DNA of 32,502 nt from Gemmataceae bacterium (GTDB lineage Bacteria; Planctomycetota; Planctomycetia; Gemmatales; Gemmataceae), in assembly GCA_036406755.1 (NCBI GenBank), contig DASXAN010000859.1, positions 1 through 32,502 of the forward strand, in the 5' to 3' direction. The notes under the pieces were generated by a model, which worked only from the letters and a program-made list of their open reading frames with translations, made no database searches and was not told the origin of the DNA. Positions within the stretch are counted from its first letter, which is position 1. The number at the start of each line of letters is the position of its first letter. The translations under genes and the position numbers were made by a program. Below, one piece after another: positions 15,771-24,204 of this stretch.

Positions 15771-18700
15771 TCACGGCAGGACGATGAACAGCCGTTGGAC
15801 GAACTGGTTGAGGTCGAGCAGGTCCACGTCGCCGTCGCCGTCGAAGTCGAACCCCGGGTTGTAGTTCGGCTGGCCGAGAATGCCGAACAGGGCGGGGACC
15901 AGGGGATTGAGGTCCAGCAGGTCCACGTCCTTGTCCCCGTCGATGTCCCCGAACAGCCGGTGGGTGTCGAACCGCCGGTCGCCGCCCGCCGCCCCGTCCC
16001 CATCCCCGTCCAGGGCCGTGCCGAGGGCGTCGGCCACCCCGGACGCGCGGACCGACAGCGTGTACAGGCCGTCGGCCAGCGACCCGAACTCCGTCCCCGC
16101 CCCGGAGAACGTCAGCGTCGCCACCGTCCGACCGTCGAGGACCGTGACTGTCGGGGTCAGCGTGATTGCCAGCCCGTCCGACCGGCGGAGGTCGAATGCG
16201 CCCGCCCCGAGGGTCACGACCTGGTTGAACGTCACGGCGAGACTGGTCACTCGGGACCGCTGGGCGGACCCGTCGTTGACCGTGATGCCTACCACGGTCG
16301 GCGGCCGGGCGACGACGGTCGTGGTCGCCTGGGCCGCGGCCGGGGTCGGCTGGCGGTTGCCGACGTTGTCGATGGCCTCCGTGTAGAAGGCGTAGGTGTG
16401 CCCGTCCTGGGCCGTGTACACCGCCGACGTGGCCGCGGTGGCTTGCCAGAGGGTGAACGGGCCGCCGTTGTCCGAGACGAACACGGCGTAGGCGGCCACC
16501 CCGGACCCGCCGGCGTCGTCCTGCCCGGACCACCGCACCAGGAACGAGGCGGTGTCGGTGACGGCGGGCAGGGCCTGGACGCTGCTGGTCGGCCGGCCGG
16601 CGTCCAGGGTGTTGCGGGCTTCCTTCGCCGGGTCGGTCCCGGCGGCGGGGTTGTGCGGATCGACCTGGTTGGTGTCGATCGGGTCGTTGCCGTCGAAGAC
16701 GATGCGGGCGACGTTGCGGAGCGGGGTGCCGGTCGGCAGCCCGGCCTTCGGCCGGACGGTGTAGCCGAGGAACCCGATGCCGCGGCCGGTGCCGTCCTCG
16801 GGCGGCAGGAAGCCGGTGAGGGCGTCGGGGGGCAAGCCGGTGGCCGGGTCGATCGAGTCGAAGACGGCGGTGAGCCGGCCGGTCTGCGGGTCGAGGTCCA
16901 GCTCGATCTCGACCTGGAACGTGCGGCCGTTTTGCGTCAGCGGCACCGTAGTCCGGTAGTGCCGGCTACCCTCGGGGACGGTGAGGATCACGTCGCCGAA
17001 GCCGATTTGCGTCCAGGCGAAGGTGTCCCAGTCGAGGTTGGCGTCGAGCTGGTCGGTGACGATGACGCGGTGGGCCGGGGCGGTGGCGTCGGCCTCGTTC
17101 TCGAACTCGACGCGGTAGGGGACGACGCCGTCGGCCGCGATGTAGTGGGCCGGGCCGAAGCCGGCCGGGCCGGTCTTCTCGTTGGGGTCGATCGCTCGGA
17201 CGAGCCGGCTTGCGCCAGAAGTGACGCTCCCGGAGATGGTGCCGGACGGAGCGACCGGGGCCGGCATCGGGGGAATCGCGGGTCCACTGTCTGCGCCCGG
17301 GGAGCCGCCCCATATTCCGATGCTCAAACCGAACCCCGGGCCCGACGAGGCAGCCGCGGCCATGGACGCCACCGCATCATCAGGCGGGAACTGGGCCATG
17401 GCGGCGTCCACGAGGTCCTGGAGTCCCGCGTCGTCCGCGGCTGCCGCCGCGGCGGCCACGAGGTCCGACAGATCCGCTTCGTCCGCGGCCCGCTCCACGG
17501 CGGCCACGAGTTCCGCGAGATTCGCCTCGTTGGCGGCAGCATCCGCGGCGGCGGCGGCGGCCGCCGCCAGGGTCGCCAAAGCGGCCTCTCGCTCCATTGT
17601 GATCGCCGCGCGCACGTCTTGTTCCATGTGGTTATTAGGCCATAGGCCTGTCGGATCGACCCGGTTCACCGGGTCGTTCGATACGTACCGGTACCAATTG
17701 ACATCACCGCCGCTCAGGCCGATCGGGTCATGAGCCGTGAAGCGACCCTGGGCGGGGTCGTACCACCGCTCGCGCATGAACGACAGGCCCTGGCCCCCGT
17801 TCATCACGCCGAATTGACCCACATAGGTGAACGGGTTGGCAACGGTCCCGGTCGCGGTCAGCGACTCCCCGAACGGGAGGTAGCGGTAAGTGTTCAGGAC
17901 GACGCCCGCGGCGCCGGTGAGCTGGGCCGTGTTGCCGTTGCCGTCGAAGTCGAAATAGGCGGCTCCGCCGGCCGGCTCGACGCGGCTCGTCAGGCCCAGA
18001 CCGACCACGTAGTCGGCGATCAGGCTGCCGTTCCCGGCATACTCACCGACCACGTTGCCCATGCCGAACGGGTCGATCAGATAGTCGGTCCGCTGACCGT
18101 CGTGGACGGTGGCGGTGCGGTCGCCAAGGGCGTCGAACAGATAGCTCCAGGTGCCGCCCGGCGCGGTCACGCCGGTCAAACGATTCAGCGCGTCGTAGGC
18201 GTAGGTCGTGGTCCCGCCGCCGTCGGTGCGTGAGACCAGGTTGCCGTCGAGGTCGTAGCCGAGTGTCGCCGTGCCGATCTGCGTGTACTGGTTGAGGTTG
18301 TTGGTCACGTAATTCGTGGTCACGCCGTTGAGGACCGTGCGGACCCGGTTGCCGACCGCGTCGTAGGCGTACTGCAAATCCTGGTTGGGGATCACGGCCG
18401 GGTTGTTCGACGTGAAGACCGCCCGTGTCAGTTCGCCGATGCCGTCGCAGGCGTAGTCCCACACGCCGTCGAGCGTCGTCATCTGCGTCCGCCGGCCAAG
18501 GGCGTCGTAGACGTAATCGAACCGCGAGTTGACCGTGCCGTCGGGGGCCCTGTTGATCAGGTGCTCGAGCTGGCCGGCCGCGTCGTGCTGGTACTCGGTG
18601 GAGGTGCCGTTGCCCTTGTCCTCGTGGTCGAGCCGGCCGGCGGGGTCGTAGTGGTAGTGGGCGATCAGAGCGCCGGCCCCGTCGCGGAGGAACTCGAGCC

Positions 18701-21700
18701 GGCCGGCGGCGTCGTAGAAGTAGGTGGTCGTGAACCCGTCCTGATCGACCATGCTGGTGCGGCGGCCGTTCTGGTAGGTGTATTGCAGGAATCGGCCGTC
18801 GGGGTAGGTGACCTTGGTGACCCGGTCGGGGTTGAGCGGGTCGAGATACTCCAGCACCGTCGCCCCGGTCGCGTCGACGGCCAGGTCCACGTTGCCGCGG
18901 GCGTTGTAGTGGTACTGCACGAACGAGCCGTCGGGCAAGGCTCGCCGCTCCAGCCGGCCGTCGCCGTTGACCTGGTAATCCACCAGCTGGCCGCGGCGAT
19001 TTGTCCACGCGTCGGGCTCGCCGCGGGCGTCGGGACTGAAGCGGTCGGCGCTGCCGTCGGCGTAGGTGATCGAGGTCAGGTTGCCGCGGCTGTCGTAGCC
19101 GTAGGTCAGCGGGTTACCGCGGGCGTCGGTAAGGGATGCGAGCCGGTTGAAGTCGGCGGTGTAGCCGAAGGCCGTGACCTGGCCCAGCGGGTTGGTGGCG
19201 CGGACCACATTCCCACGGCCGTCGTATTGGTACAGGTAGTTCTGCCCGAGGGCGTCGGTGACGCTGGTCAGGTTGAAGTCGTTGTCGTGGCCGAAGAGGG
19301 TGCGGCGGCCCAGTGCGTCCTCCACGGCGGCCACTTGCGCCTGGTGGTCGAAGAAGAACTTCGTGGCGTTGCCCAGGGCGTCGGTTGCCGTCACCCGGCC
19401 GGCCGAGTCGTAGGTGAAGCTGACCCGCTCGGCGTTGTTGTCCCGCGCCATCGAGTCCAGCCGGCCGTGGGTGTCGTAGGTGAAGAACGCGTGGGTGTTG
19501 TCGGGGTACGCGATCGACAGCAGGCCGTGTGCGCTGGCCCCGGCGGCGGTGCTGTAGGTGTAGTGCGTCGTCTGGCCGTCGATGCCCTGGACGGCCAACA
19601 GGTGCTCGCCGGCGGGGTCGTAGGTGTAGACCACGGTGCGGCCGGCCTGGTCGGTCAGGCCGGTGATCCGGCCCGCGGTGTACGTGATCTGCAGGAACTG
19701 GCCGGCGGAGTGGGTCAGGCGGGTCAGTTGTGTGCCGGTCCAGGTGGCGGTGACGCGGTTGCCGTTGGGGTCTTCGACGTAGTCCACCCGGCCGTCGCTG
19801 CGGAAGCGGGTCACCAGGCCGTCCGGCTCGCGGAGGACGAAGGCCCCGCCGACCAACCCCGACAGCGTGGCGTGGTCGCCGGCCTGGGCGAAGTAGCGGC
19901 CGGCGAAGCGGGCGTCCGGCTCGAACCGGCGGTCGTGGCCGTCCAGCCCCGAGACGACCGCGGTGCCGTCCGGCTCCAACGTCACGGACCGGTCCCAGCC
20001 GTCGGCCCACGCCCAGCCGCGGCCGAAGGGCCCTTGCTCGTACCGGCCGACGGTGCTGGTGGAGAAGACGCGGGTCAACCGGATCGGTAAGCCGGGCGCA
20101 TCGACCTGGAGGTCGGTGGCGGCGGCCAGGGTCGGCACCGGACTGAAGCCGATCGCCTGCTCCACCTCGAACCGCCACAGGCTGTCCACGTCCTTGACCG
20201 TCTCCCCGAGCCGCCCGAGGTACTGGGCGTTGTCGCTGAGCATGGTTTGGAAGTCGCCCCAGGTGGGGCCGACCTGGGCGACGAGGTTGCCGTAGATCGG
20301 CGCCCAGGCCTCGGCCGAGATGTCGGGCGGGCGGAGCGTGTCCTGCAACGAGGGCCAGTCGATCGGCGTGGTACTCGCGTTGAATACTGATAGGGAGGAG
20401 TGCAAGAAGCCGTCGCCGAAGTCCAGGGGCCCACCCAACCCGACGAAATAGACGGGGACACGAACGTGTTCGCCCGGTTGGAGCAGGCCGGGGGTGGCCC
20501 CGGAGGCGTTGATCTGCACCGTGTCGCTGAAGCCGCCGGGCTTCGCCGAGGTCCGCGCCCCCGGCAGCAACCGGCTTTCGTCGAGTGTGAACAGCGCCTT
20601 GTTCGAGCCGTGCAGGGCCAGGAGCGGGGCGGGCATGGGGGCGTCGCCGTTGTTGCCGTACTCGACGTAGAGGCGTTCGACAACGCCGAAGTAAAAGACC
20701 TGTCCGGGGACAATCAGGTGGACCTCGAGGTCCGGGTGGCCGCCCGCGACAACCCGGAAGGCGCCGGCCAGCACGGCCGCCCCGCCGGCGGGGCGGCGGA
20801 CTCGCACCGAGTAAGTCCCCGGCGGGACGCTCCCGGCGGCGAAGTTGGCCGTCAGGTGGGTGGGCGTGTCGATCGACACGGCGTCCGCCGGGTAGGTCGC
20901 CCCCCCGGAATCCGACAGCTCGACGATCGTCGTCCGGTCGAAGCCGGCGCCGGTCAGGGTGAGGGTCATGCCCGTGCCGTTGCCGAGGTGGGTTGGTGAC
21001 GTGTTGGTCAGGAAAAGGGCGCCGGCGTCGGCGGTCAGCGTGTACGCGTCGGCGGAGAAGACGGACTGGCTGTAGAGCAGGACGTACCAGGCGCCCGGCG
21101 CCGCACTCGGCACGGACAGCAGTTGGTCCCCCGACGCCGCGGTGGCGCTGAACTGGAAATCACCCCGGGTCGGCGGCGTGCCGAACTTCGCGTACAGCTC
21201 GTTGCGGTTGAAGTTGGCCTGGTCATCGAGGACGACGCGGAGCTGCTGGCCGGCGGGCACGTCCACGCGGAAGAGTCGCGCCTGACCGCTGCCGATCAGG
21301 TTGCCGGCAAAGGGCGTCCCCAGAGTCAGAACGGTCTGGCTCGTTTCCAGGAGGCGGAAGGCGTAACTGCCGTCCTGGTTCGCCCCTGCGGTCACCTCCA
21401 GCGTGTACGTCCCGTCCGCCGGCAGGGTGACCGGGCTGGAGTCGCCGGTCAGGCCGGTGAAGCCGACGAAGTCGTTCGGCCCGGTCAGCTTGAACTGGAG
21501 CGTCGTCGGCGCGGCGTTGACCCAGTCGAACGTCACCTGTTGGTTGGCGGCGGCCGTGAAGGTCCAGTGATCGATGCCGAACGGGGTTTCGAGGGTGCCG
21601 TGCGTCTCCTGGTTGAGCTGAACCGGCCGCGTGCTCACGCTCGCATTCCAGAGGGCGAGCACGTAGTTACCCTGGTCGCCCCCCGACGCGGCCCGCACCT

Positions 21701-24032
21701 GAATGCGGTAGGTGCCGTCGGCGGGCAGGACGACAGCCGGGAGCGTCACGATCTGCCCGGACGCGTTGCTGAAGCCGGAAGCGACGAGCGCGCCGGAGGG
21801 GTTCAGCAGGCGGACGTCGGCAAGGTTCAGCGTGGGCGGCAGCGCCGCCGGCGCGCCCGTGGTGCCGGGGTTGGCCACGACGGTGACGGACTGGCCCGCC
21901 CTGCCGAAGAACGTCCACTCGTCCACTTCGCCCGTCGCCCCGATGGTGCCGGCGGTCGCCGAATTCAGGGCGATCGGGCCGCCGTCGAGAGCCCGCGTGA
22001 CGGCGCCGCCGACGACCGTCCCGTCGACCTGCGTCTGCCGGGCGTACACGTGGAACGAGTTGAGGTCCAGCGTCGCCCCGGCCGGCACGATCAGGCGGTT
22101 GACGTACAGTGCCTCCGGGCCGGCCCCGGGGGCGTTGTCGGCGTCGTCCACCAGGCGGACGTAGGTGCCGCTCTGGAACGGGGACGAGCCGCTGAGCGAC
22201 AGCGACTCGAAGGCGAAATTGCCGGCGAACCCGGCTGCGGTGCCGCCCCGGTCCTCGCCCAGGACCTCGAGGAGCTGCGGGCTGGCGGCAGTGCCGGGGC
22301 CCGTGAAGCGGACGGTCGCCTGCGGGGCAAACAGGTCGGCATTGGTGGTTGACCCCAGCAGGCTGCCGAGGTTTGACCCGTTCGTGCCGCTGATGGCAAA
22401 CGTCCCCGTCGGCTGGCCGGTGAGGGCGCCGGGGCCGTTGTTCCGGAGGGCCATGCCGGCAACGGTCAACGTGGCGTTGCCGCCCACGTCGAGGACGCCG
22501 GTGTTAATAAAGGTCTGCCCCGTTCCGGCCTGGCCGATCGTGAAGCTACCGCCTGTGAACGTGATGGTGCCACTGTTGGCGTGCGCCGCTCCGGGCTTGC
22601 TGACGGTCAGCGTGGTCTGCCCATCGAGCTGGGCGGTGAACATGCCCTGGTTGTCCAGCTGCGCGGCCAGGAAGCGGCTGCCGCTCGGCAAGACGCGGAT
22701 GGTCCCGCCCACGGCGTTGGTCAAGGTGCCGCTCGTGACCGACAACTGGGTGGTGAAGTTCTGCTGGCCGGTCAGCTCGATCGTGCCCTGGTTGGCGAAG
22801 CCGCTGGCCACCGTCGAGATCCCGTTCACCCGCAGGGTGCCGCCCGGCGCGTTGCCGAACGCGCCGTTCAGCGTGCCGGATTGCAGCAGGAGCGTGCCCT
22901 GATTGAGCAGGGGGGCGTTGAAGGCGCCTCCCGACAGCGTCACCGACTTGCCCGCCGGATTGGTGAACGTCCCCGGCGAGGTGACGGTCACGTTGCTGAG
23001 CTGTAGCGAGGCCAGGCCGTTGCTGAAGTCCCCGCCGAAGTCGGCCGTCGAATTCGTCAGTGACAGGGTGCCCGCCCCGCTGATCGTGCCGGCGTTGTGA
23101 TGGAACGGGCTGTTACTGATGCTAACGGTGCGCCCGCCGCCGATGGTCACGGTGCCGGTGTTGGTGAAGGACGGCCCGGTGCCGGACTGGAGGATGAAGA
23201 CGTCACCGCCCGTCACGCTGATCGTGCCGCTGTTGGCGTAGACGGCCGAGGGCTTGTTGAGGGTCAGCCGGCTCTGCACCTGCAGGGCGCCGCGGTTGTC
23301 GAGCGAGGCCTCCACGATGTGTAAGACGCCGGACGTGGTCACGGTCCGGATCATCCCGCCCGCCGCGTTGAGCAACGTGCCGCTACTAACCGTGAGCTGC
23401 GAACTGAAGCCCCCGTCGCCGGTCAGCTCGAGCGTGCCCTGGTTGGTGAAGCCTTGGGCCACCGTCAGGTGCGAGCGGTCCGCCCGGAGGAGGGAGCCGG
23501 GCGCGGTGCCGACCACGCCGTTGAGCGTGCTGTTCCCCTGAGATAGCAGCGTTCCCCGGTTGTCCAGGGCCACGTTCAGGGTGCCGTTGACCAGCTCCGT
23601 CGCGGCCGAGTTGGTCAGCGTACCGGCGCCGTTCAGCGTGCTCCCGGTGAGCCGCAGCGTGCCACCGGCAACCGTAAGGCCGGCGTCGACCTGGGACGTG
23701 GCGGCGCCGAGGGCAAATGTCCCCGCCGTGATCCGGAGGGCCGCGGCACTGGCCACGCTGCGGACCGTGACGCTGCCCGAGGACGCGACGGTGACGCCGG
23801 CGAAGGCACTGCCAATCTGGGCGTCGTCCGCCGCTCCCGGCAGCACGTCGCCGGCCCAGTTCACCGGGTCGTTCCAGGTCGTGCCGGTGCCCGCGGGGCC
23901 GCCGTCCCAGGCGACCACGGCCGGCGCCAACCGGGTTTCCAGGGGTTCCAGCACCAGCGGCCGCCAACGCCGGCGCGGCTGCCGACTGCCGGGGAGGCGC
24001 TTCAAGAATGGCGGGACGACGGGGTGGCGCAC
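15771..24032 (-). CDS. Giant secreted RHS/YD-repeat protein (2753 aa). Order: N-terminal beta-helix modules, three pre-peptidase-C-terminal-like domains, an Ig-like region, the YD shell with a canonical C-terminal core motif, then a 623-aa tail ending in dockerin-like repeats
   Basis: GTG start at 24032 with AAGGAG (reverse complement of 24040-24045) 7 nt upstream. The N-terminus is RRRWRPLVLEPLETRLAPAV. A ~230-aa module is duplicated (…GFTNQGTLELTGDGGFSSQLTVSSGTLLNAAGGMIRTV / …GFANQGTIELTGQQNFTTQLSVTSGTLTNAVGGTIRVL). PPC-like units include GEVDEWTFFGRAGQSV and GIDHWTFTAAANQQV. There are many YD repeats (YTYDPAGEHL, FTYDSAGRV, YQYDGRGNV…). The core end reads RERWYDPAQGRFTAHDPIGLSGGDVNWYRYVSNDPVNRVDPTGL. 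Confidence 0.9.
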   Translation of the reverse strand: MRHPVVPPFLKRLPGSRQPRRRWRPLVLEPLETRLAPAVVAWDGGPAGTGTTWNDPVNWAGDVLPGAADDAQIGSAFAGVTVASSGSVTVRSVASAAALRITAGTFALGAATSQVDAGLTVAGGTLRLTGSTLNGAGTLTNSAATELVNGTLNVALDNRGTLLSQGNSTLNGVVGTAPGSLLRADRSHLTVAQGFTNQGTLELTGDGGFSSQLTVSSGTLLNAAGGMIRTVTTSGVLHIVEASLDNRGALQVQSRLTLNKPSAVYANSGTISVTGGDVFILQSGTGPSFTNTGTVTIGGGRTVSISNSPFHHNAGTISGAGTLSLTNSTADFGGDFSNGLASLQLSNVTVTSPGTFTNPAGKSVTLSGGAFNAPLLNQGTLLLQSGTLNGAFGNAPGGTLRVNGISTVASGFANQGTIELTGQQNFTTQLSVTSGTLTNAVGGTIRVLPSGSRFLAAQLDNQGMFTAQLDGQTTLTVSKPGAAHANSGTITFTGGSFTIGQAGTGQTFINTGVLDVGGNATLTVAGMALRNNGPGALTGQPTGTFAISGTNGSNLGSLLGSTTNADLFAPQATVRFTGPGTAASPQLLEVLGEDRGGTAAGFAGNFAFESLSLSGSSPFQSGTYVRLVDDADNAPGAGPEALYVNRLIVPAGATLDLNSFHVYARQTQVDGTVVGGAVTRALDGGPIALNSATAGTIGATGEVDEWTFFGRAGQSVTVVANPGTTGAPAALPPTLNLADVRLLNPSGALVASGFSNASGQIVTLPAVVLPADGTYRIQVRAASGGDQGNYVLALWNASVSTRPVQLNQETHGTLETPFGIDHWTFTAAANQQVTFDWVNAAPTTLQFKLTGPNDFVGFTGLTGDSSPVTLPADGTYTLEVTAGANQDGSYAFRLLETSQTVLTLGTPFAGNLIGSGQARLFRVDVPAGQQLRVVLDDQANFNRNELYAKFGTPPTRGDFQFSATAASGDQLLSVPSAAPGAWYVLLYSQSVFSADAYTLTADAGALFLTNTSPTHLGNGTGMTLTLTGAGFDRTTIVELSDSGGATYPADAVSIDTPTHLTANFAAGSVPPGTYSVRVRRPAGGAAVLAGAFRVVAGGHPDLEVHLIVPGQVFYFGVVERLYVEYGNNGDAPMPAPLLALHGSNKALFTLDESRLLPGARTSAKPGGFSDTVQINASGATPGLLQPGEHVRVPVYFVGLGGPLDFGDGFLHSSLSVFNASTTPIDWPSLQDTLRPPDISAEAWAPIYGNLVAQVGPTWGDFQTMLSDNAQYLGRLGETVKDVDSLWRFEVEQAIGFSPVPTLAAATDLQVDAPGLPIRLTRVFSTSTVGRYEQGPFGRGWAWADGWDRSVTLEPDGTAVVSGLDGHDRRFEPDARFAGRYFAQAGDHATLSGLVGGAFVLREPDGLVTRFRSDGRVDYVEDPNGNRVTATWTGTQLTRLTHSAGQFLQITYTAGRITGLTDQAGRTVVYTYDPAGEHLLAVQGIDGQTTHYTYSTAAGASAHGLLSIAYPDNTHAFFTYDTHGRLDSMARDNNAERVSFTYDSAGRVTATDALGNATKFFFDHQAQVAAVEDALGRRTLFGHDNDFNLTSVTDALGQNYLYQYDGRGNVVRATNPLGQVTAFGYTADFNRLASLTDARGNPLTYGYDSRGNLTSITYADGSADRFSPDARGEPDAWTNRRGQLVDYQVNGDGRLERRALPDGSFVQYHYNARGNVDLAVDATGATVLEYLDPLNPDRVTKVTYPDGRFLQYTYQNGRRTSMVDQDGFTTTYFYDAAGRLEFLRDGAGALIAHYHYDPAGRLDHEDKGNGTSTEYQHDAAGQLEHLINRAPDGTVNSRFDYVYDALGRRTQMTTLDGVWDYACDGIGELTRAVFTSNNPAVIPNQDLQYAYDAVGNRVRTVLNGVTTNYVTNNLNQYTQIGTATLGYDLDGNLVSRTDGGGTTTYAYDALNRLTGVTAPGGTWSYLFDALGDRTATVHDGQRTDYLIDPFGMGNVVGEYAGNGSLIADYVVGLGLTSRVEPAGGAAYFDFDGNGNTAQLTGAAGVVLNTYRYLPFGESLTATGTVANPFTYVGQFGVMNGGQGLSFMRERWYDPAQGRFTAHDPIGLSGGDVNWYRYVSNDPVNRVDPTGLWPNNHMEQDVRAAITMEREAALATLAAAAAAAADAAANEANLAELVAAVERAADEADLSDLVAAAAAAADDAGLQDLVDAAMAQFPPDDAVASMAAAASSGPGFGLSIGIWGGSPGADSGPAIPPMPAPVAPSGTISGSVTSGASRLVRAIDPNEKTGPAGFGPAHYIAADGVVPYRVEFENEADATAPAHRVIVTDQLDANLDWDTFAWTQIGFGDVILTVPEGSRHYRTTVPLTQNGRTFQVEIELDLDPQTGRLTAVFDSIDPATGLPPDALTGFLPPEDGTGRGIGFLGYTVRPKAGLPTGTPLRNVARIVFDGNDPIDTNQVDPHNPAAGTDPAKEARNTLDAGRPTSSVQALPAVTDTASFLVRWSGQDDAGGSGVAAYAVFVSDNGGPFTLWQATAATSAVYTAQDGHTYAFYTEAIDNVGNRQPTPAAAQATTTVVARPPTVVGITVNDGSAQRSRVTSLAVTFNQVVTLGAGAFDLRRSDGLAITLTPTVTVLDGRTVATLTFSGAGTEFGSLADGLYTLSVRASGVADALGTALDGDGDGAAGGDRRFDTHRLFGDIDGDKDVDLLDLNPLVPALFGILGQPNYNPGFDFDGDGDVDLLDLNQFVQRLFIVLP
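15774..15950 (-). other. Dockerin-like / EF-hand Ca-binding repeat pair at the extreme C-terminus of the RHS giant
   Basis: GDIDGDKDVDLLDLNPLVPALFG…FDFDGDGDVDLLDLNQFVQRLFIVLP contains two DxDxDGxxDxxD-type loops. Confidence 0.7.
17388..17531 (-). repeat. Three tandem 48-nt (16-aa) Ala/acidic repeats inside the RHS tail
   Basis: The units are NEANLAELVAAVERAA / DEADLSDLVAAAAAAA / DDAGLQDLVDAAMAQF. The anchor ccacgag recurs at 17408, 17456 and 17504, exactly 48 nt apart. Confidence 0.8.
17643..20048 (-). other. RHS/YD-repeat shell region (about aa 1329-2130) ending in the DPxGL autoproteolysis-type motif
   Basis: Runs from GRYEQGPFGRGWAWADGWDRS (codon top at 20048) to DPTGL (Leu codon 17643-17645). 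Confidence 0.8.
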
Positions 24033-24156
24033 GCTGGAACTCCTTGCGTAGGGTCCGGCAGGGAAGGCGGCCGGCCTTCGGGGACTTCAAGGCGGCGAAC
24101 GGAACGGCGCCCCGCCGGATCGCCGGGTACGGCTCCCGCCGTCGCCGCCCTCCTGT

Positions 24157-24204
24157 GCGACGCCGGCGCCCGAAACACGTCAGGCGCACGTCGGTTTTCT
24201 TCGG
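24157..24204 (-). promoter_or_regulatory. Copy A of a conserved 48-nt element, 124 nt upstream of the RHS giant start
   Basis: Plus strand: gcgacgccggcgcccgaaacacgtcaggcgcacgtcggttttcttcgg. It overlaps the last 7 codons and the stop of the 24180..24980 gene. It shares blocks GCGACGC(1-7), GAAAC(16-20), CGTCAG(22-27) and a T-run (from position 39 or 40 to 45) with copies B and C. Confidence 0.6.

Noticed and set aside
24040-24075. A near-palindrome, gaaggcggccggccttc, between copy A and the RHS start, as a possible operator or terminator.
   Set aside because: It has only a 6-bp stem and is not repeated at the equivalent position of the other two element-bearing spacers. It is indistinguishable from chance at this GC content.
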